Assembly (NCBI GenBank): GCA_965214835.1
Contig: CBDCCK010000002.1
Coordinates: forward strand, 576,001 to 640,000
Direction of reading: 5' to 3'
DNA: 64,000 nt
Source of the DNA: Nitrosopumilaceae archaeon
GTDB taxonomy: Archaea; Thermoproteota; Nitrososphaeria; Nitrososphaerales; Nitrosopumilaceae
Part shown: piece by piece, positions 52,394 through 61,220 of the stretch
Position numbering within the stretch: the stretch's first letter is position 1
How the letters are laid out: each line of letters begins with the position of its first letter
The notes under the pieces: generated by a model
Seen by the model: the letters and a program-made list of their open reading frames with translations, nothing else
Told to the model about the DNA's origin: nothing
The model's database searches: none
Position numbers and translations under genes: made by a program

Positions 52394-52584
52394 TTGCAGT
52401 CTTTTCAGAAGTTCTCCACAAGACGGTTCCACAGTCGAAACGGTTCAAGCCAAGCTGCCTGCAAATCCGCGTGTAACCGTCGACACCATCATGGGTCGGA
52501 TACATTTGGGAGGACTGGACAAAGGCGAATCGCTAAGAGTTAAAAAGAAGCATGGCCAACTAATGATCTTAGCGGTGTACAAAA

Positions 52585-52800
52585 ATGGAGAGTCAGACCT
52601 TGTCTAAACTGTTCAAGAATCCCGCACATAAGAGGGGCTGGAGCAACGAATACACTACTGCAGAGAAGCTGGCCACATACTATGATCGCGGCCTCTTCGA
52701 ACTTGACGAGCTTGAGCCCGAGGCTGTTGAACCCGTAAGGCAGGCCATCAAGGAATGGAACGCAAGAGTCGACGCACACTATGCAGAACATGGCGACTGA
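52585..52800 (+). CDS. Small hypothetical protein
   Basis: 71-aa natural-looking ORF overlapping a 5'-truncated upstream ORF. Confidence 0.55.
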   Translation: MESQTLSKLFKNPAHKRGWSNEYTTAEKLATYYDRGLFELDELEPEAVEPVRQAIKEWNARVDAHYAEHGD

Positions 52801-52813
52801 GACGGGTTTTGCC

Positions 52814-52945
52814 GGGGTTGTCGCCTAATTCGTCAGAATTCGTGAGAACCATCTGGATGCCATATGGATCAGGCGTGCAAAAGGGGTAGAAATCCAGAAA
52901 AACATGCAGGGTTGAGTTAAGCAAGTGGAATTACGCGACAATCTC
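52814..52945. mobile_element. MITE family C, diverged copy
   Basis: ggggttgtcgcctaattc ... gaattacgcgacaatctc. Confidence 0.8.
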
Positions 52946-52965
52946 GGTAGGGACTGGACAGGGCC

Positions 52966-53514
52966 TCAAGGTTTTGTCTGTATGCTCCATGACAGCAGGC
53001 CCCTGTGGCTTTCAACGTCAAGGTACTTTAGTATTATTCCATCCAAAATACCATGGCATCTTTTGCAAAAATATTCGTACATTGTTTTGTCAGTCAGTAT
53101 CATGTATTTTTTGTCGGCCTCTGCCTTGCTTAGCAGATAGCAATCGCTTAGAACTTTGTAAAATGTACCAAGATTCTTATCATGTGTGCCGGATTTTACC
53201 ATTCCCAGAATTTCCCTCTTGTCTGGTTTTCTTGCGTCCAACCCCATACGTTTGGCTGATTCCAACATGGCTTGTAGTTTATCGTCGCATGCAAAGCCGT
53301 TCTTCAACTTCCTGGCTTCCAATTGGTCTTTTTCATATTCGCGCCTGTTGCGACGGGACGCAATGTCAAACTCAAAAGGGCTGGAATATTCCCCGTCTAG
53401 GCGTTGCAGCATCACGCAATCCTTGATCAGTTCAACGGAGTTTTCCCTGCTGCACCAGTTTCTGGCAATGGTTTCCTTTGCATCATGCTTCGGCGTGGCT
53501 TTTTCCGGGTTCAA
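52966..53514 (-). CDS. Hypothetical protein, possibly PD-(D/E)XK restriction-endonuclease-like
   Basis: FEFDIAS ... GMVKSG ... DCYLL..KYMILTD pattern. Confidence 0.6.
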   Translation of the reverse strand: MNPEKATPKHDAKETIARNWCSRENSVELIKDCVMLQRLDGEYSSPFEFDIASRRNRREYEKDQLEARKLKNGFACDDKLQAMLESAKRMGLDARKPDKREILGMVKSGTHDKNLGTFYKVLSDCYLLSKAEADKKYMILTDKTMYEYFCKRCHGILDGIILKYLDVESHRGLLSWSIQTKP

Positions 53515-53784
53515 TACGGCCGTTTTACTCTACAGTCTACCAGCATAAATGATTATTGCAATTCTGTCGGTATAAGATGATATAGTAAACGCGATGAATA
53601 ACCGTTTATGTTTGAGGTCTTGGTATCGCGTTTACTTGGAAGTTGTTCTTGTTCGGAATCTACCCTGATTGATCTGTTTTGGTTTTGAGCCATTTTTGGA
53701 GTCATCTGGGAAGGCTGATCCTGTGATCCAACATTACTGTTGGGCCTGGGGTTGATTTCAACTTGCCGAATCAAAGGACAATGG

Positions 53785-54070
53785 TTACTGAGATTGCTTG
53801 ATCCTTGCAAGCCTTTCAAGCTCGTCCTTTACTGCGTCCCGTACCTCTTCTGGCAGATCCTCGGAGTTGATCAGGGTTGCCCGCAGCCCTGCCACTATGG
53901 CCTGAACGTCCAGCGTCTCGTTTCTTATGTGGGGCGCAAACGTGTTCTTGAACGTCTTTTTGGTCAGAGGAATCACGCAGTGTCATCTTCTATTTCTCCA
54001 GCACTGGCATTTGGGCATGCCGTCTCGCATACCGTATGGCCTCAGGACGCCTCCGCGTCTATGCACAGAT
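53785..54070 (-). pseudogene. Decayed second copy of the 54222..54819 two-gene module
   Basis: KKTFKNTFAPH..LDVQA shared; upstream EAIRYARRHAQ resembles EEALKYKREYGQ. Confidence 0.65.
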
Positions 54071-54221
54071 CCTCCCGCATCCGCTCGGCCAGAGAGTTGA
54101 TCCGAAATCAGAAGCCGTACGAATTTTTCAGGTGACTTCACAGATAATTCGCATTTTGCTGGTGTTTTGAGCCGCTTCATGCAAGCTCGTTCGCACATAG
54201 TCAGAATCCACTGATTTCGAA

Positions 54222-54407
54222 TCAGCGCTCTTGCCCGGCAAGCTCGGATGCGACGGCCTCTTGTACCTCTGGCGGCAGATCCTCGTGGTGGAACAGCGAC
54301 ACCCGCAGTCCCATTATCACCGCCTGCACGTCCAGCTCCTTGTCGCCCACATGCGGGGCAAACGTGTTCTTGAACGTCTTTTTACTAGATGAATCTTGGA
54401 GGGCCAT
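54222..54407 (-). CDS. Small helical protein, partner of upstream ORF
   Basis: 61 aa, paralogue at 53785..53976. Confidence 0.6.
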   Translation of the reverse strand: MALQDSSSKKTFKNTFAPHVGDKELDVQAVIMGLRVSLFHHEDLPPEVQEAVASELAGQER

Positions 54408-54819
54408 GTCTTTCTATCACCACTATGTATGCTTGGCCATACTCACGTTTATACTTTAGCGCCTCCTCACGCCCGATTCCGGAGAGTGCCACAGTGACAT
54501 CCCTGTACGTGACGCCGTTGATGTTGGTCCACTGCCCCAGCATCACGTCTGCCCCCTGCTTGCGAAACCGGATATACTCGTTTCTGGCCTCCTCGTCAAA
54601 GTCCTTTCTGTTGTTGGTGACGGAGATGAGGTAGACTGGCTGTCCGCCATCCGTAAGCCTCTCAAAGAGTGCGTCCTTTTCGCCTGGCTTTGCAAGATCT
54701 ATGCATGATCCCATGCCGGGATGGTACGTCACGGATCCAGATCCATGCCGTCGTATTGACTCCACTCCTGCGTCGTACTCCTCGCCATATTTGTGAGGAT
54801 CGTGCCGTCCGCCATTCAA
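54385..54819 (-). CDS. Hypothetical protein, SAM-lyase/DUF3293-like
   Basis: GQW..GVTYRDVTV..GIGREEALKY..EYGQAYIV motif. Confidence 0.55.
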   Translation of the reverse strand: MNGGRHDPHKYGEEYDAGVESIRRHGSGSVTYHPGMGSCIDLAKPGEKDALFERLTDGGQPVYLISVTNNRKDFDEEARNEYIRFRKQGADVMLGQWTNINGVTYRDVTVALSGIGREEALKYKREYGQAYIVVIERHGPPRFI

Positions 54820-54831
54820 ACCTGTCCCAAC

Positions 54832-54999
54832 TCACGCAGCAATCTTTGCCAGCTTTTTGAGCTCGTCCCTTATGAGGGTCAGCCGAAACAGGACGGCATC
54901 CGGGTTCTTTGCGTTCCTTGCCTACGGATAGAAGCTGATAACATACTTTGAGCCGTCCTTTCTTACCTCGTAGGGACGGCCGCCTATGGTATCTCTCAT
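54832..54999 (-). pseudogene. Small protein with in-frame TAG (MRDTIGGRPYE..FYP*ARNAKNPDAVLF..)
   Basis: 55-codon frame broken by one stop. Confidence 0.5.
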
Positions 55000-55035
55000 G
55001 GCTTTTGCTAGAACCTGTGGCTTATAGATTTATTG

Positions 55036-55267
55036 AATGCGTGTCCAAGGATCCAGTGTTGGAGCAAAAAAGAACCTGCAGGGGGATATGCAAGCGGTTC
55101 AGGGTGACAAAGCCCACAGGTGTAGGAAGGTACGAATCGGGGCAGGGCAGATGCCATACATGTGACGTGTGGTTGGACTACAGGGGGTGTCACGTCAAGG
55201 ACGGGTCTCCTGCAAAGATAGGCTCGGTGGGATGGTTCTGCAACTGCTGCAATTTCAGAGTAACGCA
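55036..55267 (+). pseudogene. Cys-rich zinc-finger protein, 3' end cut by repeat G
   Basis: CRGIC..RY..GQGRCHTCDVW..CNCCNFRV. Confidence 0.65.
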
Positions 55268-55269
55268 GA

Positions 55270-55370
55270 GTTCCACGGCTCCCAGGCGATGAGGCCCCGC
55301 CAAATTCGGGCCTCATCAGGATGTTCGCCCTGCATATGGACGCGTCGGCTTAATTGTTTTGGATTGTACG
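55270..55370. repeat. Hairpin-containing dispersed repeat (family G), copy 2
   Basis: atgaggccc..gggcctcat stem; similar to 52182..52282. Confidence 0.7.
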
Positions 55371-55687
55371 GAGTTTGTCCGAAAAACAGGAAGGCACGGT
55401 GGTACGGCAAAAGCGAGTGATCAAAGTGTGCGAACAAAGGCGTTCCCATTCTAGCTGGGTCCTCGCCAAACGGGTTGCGTTTCCGTCTACTGCTCAACAA
55501 AAAATTCTAAAATAGCAGAAAGCTACGAAAATAACATTGGATGTTTGGGAAGCAATTTTAGCAAATCTTGCTTGAGAGCTTGTACATATTTTAGCATCGT
55601 TTGTCACCATCGCTACAGTGTTGGGTTCGGCTAAAGTATTTCAGAGCAAGAAATGATGACAGAAAAAGGGCATCTAGAAATCTGTAT

Positions 55688-57171
55688 TAGACTTTATGCG
55701 TAATCGACCGTGATTGAAAATTCCGCGGAGTTCTCCAAGCGCAGATGCGTCGATCAGATCAAGCTGCCACATGCAGAATGTCATGACGCGCACAAAAATC
55801 GGCTCTTGCCAAAAAGACGTGCGCAACCATGCAGCACGGTGATGTGCCCTGTTGTCAAGTCATAAGAAAGGCGGCCCGTGCCGCCGTACGTTATATTTCA
55901 AGCAAGTGGCCGTAGCGCTTTTTCTTTTTCAGTATAGTCTTGAGGTTCTCAAGACCCGTAATTACCTGCATGAAATAGTTTAGATCCCCGGCGGTTCCGC
56001 CAAACGGCGTGGTCAGGATGGCATATTTCTTGAGCTTCCCCATGTGGTGCTCTACCTTGACGCGGACCCTGCTGACCCGCTTGCGGCGCCTCTTCTGCGT
56101 CGCGGCAAGCTCCCCGTCTCTGGGCTTCCTAGGAGGCTGCCTGTGTATGGCGCCCGGAAGCATCTTTTGGATGCCCTCAAAGCCCAGGTCGCTGTAAACT
56201 GTAAACGCACTTTCAGGATCGTCTGCGTTTTCCGCTCTCTTCATTGCTTTTGCGTGCCTTCCAAAGTCCGGGCCGCCTCCCGCGTTCATCAGGCCCTTGT
56301 CGTTGACGCTGCCGTCTACAGTCTCGCTGCAGTCCAGCGCGAGGCCGTCCAGGTTCGTGGTGACCAGCGTGTTGTACATGTGCCTCTTTTTTCTTCCCGT
56401 GTACCGTGTCTTTCTTGCGGTCTTGTCCCCTGGCCTGTCTATGGGAGTCAGGGTCCCGTCAACCAGGATCGTCTTCTTTGGGATCAGCTCCTCTATCCTG
56501 CCTGCCGGGGTCTTGCGGATGACGTCTGCTATCTTTTCGGCGGTAGGCAGTATCTTGCGCAGTATCACGATACAGTACTGGAGGTACCTGGATATCGTGG
56601 ACTGGTCGACGTCAAATGTTGCGGCCAGGTGGTGCTGCGTCGCACCGGTCCTCAGGCTCATGAGTTCCGCAGGCAGCGCGTGCCTGATGTGCAGCTTGCA
56701 CCGGTTTCCGGCATCGCTGCGGCTCGCGTCGTCCTCCCAGAACAGGGGCCTGTCCCCGTCGGCCATGACCGCCTCTGTAAAGCGCTCCAGTATGGTTCTC
56801 AAATGACTTCTTTGTGCATCCAGTGACGCTGCAAAGGCGCACCGGGTCGCCGATTATGCCGTCTGCAAGCTCGATTGCATGCATCCGCAGTGCCCGGCCG
56901 CCGCGCACGATTCTTTCCGTCTTGTTTTCCTCGGACTGCCACAGTGAGTCCTCAAACGCAAGCCGGTTCCTCAGATGCTCGTTTTGCTTGGAGAACGGGC
57001 ATGTTTTGTTCTGCCAGACTCTTGTTTTGCTCTTGCAGTGTTTGGACAAGCTCGACATCTGAACCCATACCATCAGAGAACCATTGCTGATCTTTATGGT
57101 TGTAGGTATGCAAACCATGATCTGTTGTGTTGTATTTTTAGATCCGATTTGCCAATTACGCATAAAGTCTA
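55688..57171 (-). mobile_element. IS5-like (DDE_Tnp_4) element, frameshifted transposase 55891..57090; parent type of MITE B
   Basis: TIR tagactttatgcgtaat; VDGT, ND, DLGF, RVKVEH motifs. Confidence 0.88.
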
Positions 57172-57592
57172 TTGTGTTCCGGCCTTGCGGATTATCGGCT
57201 GTGGGTATCTTGGCTTTTTTATAAAATTCGAGCTCCCTTATCAGATCTGGCACTTCTCCTCTCAGCGGATCTATTTCATGGGCAAACGAGTTTCTTATCT
57301 TGTTGATTATTTTGAGCTCGTGGTTTATGCTATCGTTGAGAATTCCTAGTTTGAGGAGGATTTTTTGTTTTTGAGAAAAGGCAAGCTTGCCCAAATCCTC
57401 ATGACTCTCGGATTTCTTAATTATGAGACATTCCATCAGTTTTTCAATCAGAATATTGGCTGTGATGACCTTGGATCTGTAATCTGCAAACGCTGATTCA
57501 AATCCAGTCCAATCCAAAAAATTTGCTGGCGTATGTTTGGCTAGCAACTCGTTTACATCACTCTCAGATACCATATAGAACCAAGCCTTCAC
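57172..57592 (-). pseudogene. HEPN (MtlR-like) protein truncated by IS
   Basis: IEKL..; ELKIINKIRNSFAH Rx4H motif; AT-rich. Confidence 0.7.
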
Positions 57593-57793
57593 GGGAAGTT
57601 AAGAATTTTCCAAACGCCAATTCCCGTGAAGGTGTGCCACTGTCCTCATGGCCGCGGCCTAATGGGGTTTTGGCATGCATGATTCCATGCGTACAGAGCC
57701 CAGATGGGTGGAAGCAAGACTTCACGGGCAGGATTCGGGATGTACATTTTCAGCAACTGCCCCATGACGTTTTTTAAAAAATTGTCCAAAGTT

Positions 57794-57904
57794 CAGCCAA
57801 GTGAAATGTAAATGAGATTTGCTGTTTTGCCTTGCTGCTGAGGCGTCGTACCTCATGCCCAGTTTCTGTTTTTGCTCGATTTCAGGGTACTTTTCACTTA
57901 GCTG
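57794..57904. mobile_element. MITE family E, inverted copy
   Basis: TIRs as at 52283; 5-bp TSD AAGTT. Confidence 0.92.
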
Positions 57905-57939
57905 AAGTTTCGTGCATGTTTAAATAATTCGTTACAGGG

Positions 57940-58038
57940 GATTTATAAAACACGAAGATCTAATCAAGGTACGTAATACGGGCCGTATTACTAGAGGGCG
58001 TGTTGAATGGGGGGTACCTTGTTGCATGCTCTTGACCC
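57940..58038 (-). ncRNA. Putative structured RNA directly downstream of DUF3800 gene
   Basis: 8-bp stem CAAGGTAC/GTACCTTG enclosing 8-bp hairpin GTAATACG/CGTATTAC. Confidence 0.5.
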
Positions 58039-58856
58039 TTATTCTGGAAACACCTTGTAACCGCATCCTGCTGCGCTTCCAGAACTGTCAGTTCGTATGA
58101 GGTCACGTCCCCTTGCTAGCTAGGCACGAAAATCATAATTGTACCTGCCAATTCATGCCTGATTGATAGGGGTAGGTGACCTCGTACGTCAGTTCGAAAC
58201 CTTCCATAGATCAGATTCCAGTATTTTTCGAATTCCTCCGGTGTTGAATGATGGCGAAACGATCCATATGCGACTGCGTCTGCAATTTGAACTCCTTCAA
58301 CTGCGGATGAATCAACAAAGACAGGAAACCCCACCAGTGCTTTTCTTTGGTAATCTGTCCCCTTTTCCCTTACATCCTTGATTATGTCAATAATGTTTCT
58401 ATGAAACCTGTTTGAACTCTTGTCAATTTTTATGATTCCGTCGTTATTTTCGCCCGATCTTTCTTCCAGAAACCTGTCAAATATTTCAATCAGAAACTTC
58501 CATGCAGTGTTGAATACCTTCCAATCTGGATATCGGCGTCTTAGTGATTCCTTGTCAATTACCACGGAAGCTGCGGTAATGTCCAAGTTGGATATGTTAT
58601 GATACAATTCATCCAACATCTCTTGCTGTTTTGAAAAACTTAAACTGGTAAAATCTCCTTTGGTCTTGAGCATGTCGTGTGCATGAATTTCTGCATCGAC
58701 ATACCGCCCGGTAAAATGCTTTAGTTTGTACTCGTACGTAGATCTTTTGAGATCGTTGATTTTGTCTTCCTCAACAATCACTCCTGATAAAACGAAGAAA
58801 TTCGTGTTGTCATTGTAGCTCACAGAGCCGGATTCGTCTACATACATAACTGGCAT
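58039..58856 (-). pseudogene. DUF3800 (RNase H-like) protein interrupted near 3' end by MITE D
   Basis: YVDESG, EIH, VQIADAVAY; excision restores ..FRTDSSGSAAGCGYKVFPE*. Confidence 0.85.
58095..58187. mobile_element. MITE family D (93 bp)
   Basis: TIR gtatgaggtcac / gtgacctcgtac; 8-bp TSD GTCAGTTC. Confidence 0.93.
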
Positions 58857-58983
58857 GCAATTATTGCTTTTGTGTTCTTGCTATTAATGTCAAGCTATTT
58901 TGTTTTGACAGCCTTCCCAAAAGTTCGTAAACCGGTTCCAAACTCGAAACAATTCCGGCACGACGTGACCAGCCGCAGGCCGT

Positions 58984-59391
58984 CTATCTGGATCTCCCCA
59001 CCTCAAGCACCGCGTCCACCGCGGGCCGGTCCTGGCCGTCGACCTCGATCCTGAGTCGCTTCTGCCCCTCGGAGCGCGGCACGAACGTCATTCCCATGGT
59101 GCCGTCCGAGTCGGTCGTAACCGAGGCCTGGAGCGTGTCGTCAACGTACGCGCGCGCAAGCCTGTTGCGCATGGGGACGCCGTGTATGTCGTATAGGGTC
59201 ACCGTTATGCTCTTTGGAACCCCGAGCTCGGTCACCGATACGGCATGGGTGCCCTCCCGGCGTGGCATGGGTCCCGCCTCGTAGGGGGCTGCAAATCCCG
59301 CCAGCCTGCTCTTCGTGCCGCCCGGAGTCTTGCCCTTGTTGCCTCCCGCCGGGCCTCGTCGGGCCGGCCCAAGCGACGTGTGATATATCAT
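58984..59391 (-). CDS. Ig-like domain protein or fragment
   Basis: ITVTLYD..G.P..V..TTDSDG beta-sandwich pattern; next to MITE. Confidence 0.45.
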   Translation of the reverse strand: MIYHTSLGPARRGPAGGNKGKTPGGTKSRLAGFAAPYEAGPMPRREGTHAVSVTELGVPKSITVTLYDIHGVPMRNRLARAYVDDTLQASVTTDSDGTMGMTFVPRSEGQKRLRIEVDGQDRPAVDAVLEVGRSR

Positions 59392-59404
59392 GAACCGTAT
59401 GATC

Positions 59405-59497
59405 GTACGAGGTCACCTACCATCATCAGTTAGGCATGAATTAACATGAATGATTGTGATCCTCGTGCCTAGCTAGCAAGGGGACGTGACCACATAC
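59405..59497. mobile_element. MITE family D (93 bp)
   Basis: 8-bp TSD GTATGATC. Confidence 0.93.
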
Positions 59498-59703
59498 GTA
59501 TGATCGTTGCCACCAGCACGTCCATCGGCACGAGCTTGGGCCTGCCAAGCCCCAGTATCAGGCCGGTGGGAACCGGCAGCAGTGCCAGCGCGACTGCATC
59601 GTGCAACCAGCGTTAGCCATAAAGTGTGCCATGATCAGCTAGGCATGGATCAGAAGAAGCTAGGGACATCGTCGTTTCTACGACGGATGTTTTTAACATA
59701 GAT

Positions 59704-59829
59704 ATCGCCTAATTCGCCAGAATTCCCGAAAACCGCTGAGACGCTATGTGGATCAGGCGTGCAAAAATGGCGGAAATTCAAAAAAACGGGCAGATTGGGC
59801 CAAACAAGTGGAATTAGGCGACAGCCCCC
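59704..59829. mobile_element. MITE family C, left end eroded
   Basis: cgcctaattcgccagaa ... gaattaggcgacagcccc. Confidence 0.8.
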
Positions 59830-60236
59830 CCCCCCTTTCAGGTGTCCAAGATTATGCATATTTCCAAACATCTCTGGCTTAGAGATCTGGCCACCAAACC
59901 AAGGAAAATCCGAATCCGGTGAAGTTCCATATCCCCAATTTTACACAGAACCAAAAACCGGAACAGTCCAATGGAAATAATGGGTAATGGTGACTAGGGT
60001 CGGAGAATATCCATGTTTCAGGTCTCGAAGATTACACAGAACCTGATTGCGAGAAAAACTAAAAGCCGTGGAACGTCCAAACAAAACATCGGCCTCAGCG
60101 ACATGGACGAGATGCTGAAGGTGCCCTGGGATCTGCTGCCGGAACCATCCCTGCCGAACCCAAACTCTTGCCTTTGTGACTGCATATAGATTCTAATAGG
60201 TGGGCGGATTTCAGAATCACACAAAGGGGATTACAC

Positions 60237-60925
60237 TTGGATGCTCAAATGTTGGTTGACTGGTTGGCGCTGACATTTGCTGGATCTAACGCACTGGGCA
60301 ATGTGGCATCTCTGGGTACGATCATCGCGTTCCTAGTGGCAATAAGAAGATACTTTTCAAACACACAGAGACTGGAAAGGGAGCAGCTGCAAAAAGAAAA
60401 GGCTGAAAGAAAACGTGCGTCTGAAAACCTGCATCGGGAGTTGCAGGACACGCTGGATGGATTGGACAGGAAGGCACAGTCCATGGACGCCAAATCCTTC
60501 AAGACCAAAGGCGGCAAAGAGATCTTTTTCATGAACAGGATCCTGAACCATGATTTTGTATGAGGTCACGTCCCATTGTCGGCCAGGCATGGAAATCACA
60601 GCTGTACATGCCAATTCGTGTCTGATTGGTGGGGGTAGGTGACCACACACATGATTTTTATGACAGTCTGATCTATTCTGGAAAGATTAATTTTCTAAGG
60701 CCAAAGCTACAGCAGCACGTACAGAATATCTTCAGGCAGATCAAGACCCACAACGAATTCCTGATCCTAGTCAAGAAGATGCAAGACGGTGCGCCAAGCG
60801 GGGAGGTTCCGGAAAATTCCCATCAGTACTATGAATGGATGGACAACCATGAACGGAAACTGCGCCAGGACATACCGCTAATGCAAAAAGAGCTTAGAGA
60901 GGACTTTGACATCAGTCCGCCTTAG
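60237..60925 (+). pseudogene. N-terminal TM plus helical domain protein split by MITE D
   Basis: Excising 60558..60650 plus one TSD joins ..ILNHDF/YDSLIYSGK.. in frame. Confidence 0.85.
60558..60650. mobile_element. MITE family D (93 bp)
   Basis: 8-bp TSD ATGATTTT. Confidence 0.92.
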
Positions 60926-61110
60926 TCGGTGGTCTCGGCTTGCCCGTTTCCATGCCAGGAATGTCCGGTGCCGAAACGGAGTGATACGTTGGCTTGTCGT
61001 CATCGCGCGATAGTTTTTCCTTGCCTGCCTTGGCGTTGTCTGGACTCTCTTCGGCCATGACATTATTCATCCGGCTTGTTATTTAAAAATACCGTGGCCG
61101 GTAGCCTGCT

Positions 61111-61220
61111 CTATTGTACGAAAATTAGGTCGCACTAATTTGAGGAGGATTGCAGGGGATTGCCTTGGGCTTTGCCGATCAATAAAGCCGATGGCTGCAA
61201 GGATCAACGCACGTCAGATC
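61111..61220 (+). mobile_element. IS481 left-end fragment truncated by IS66
   Basis: Similar to 51368..51477, including the ATGGCTGCA start. Confidence 0.75.

Noticed and set aside
54832-54999. In-frame TAG as pyrrolysine or recoding
   Set aside because: No supporting machinery in the window; surrounding DNA is pseudogenised, so a nonsense mutation is simpler
56612-57592. 326-aa ORF as a genuine fusion protein
   Set aside because: Read-through from the HEPN gene across the IS terminal repeat at 57171
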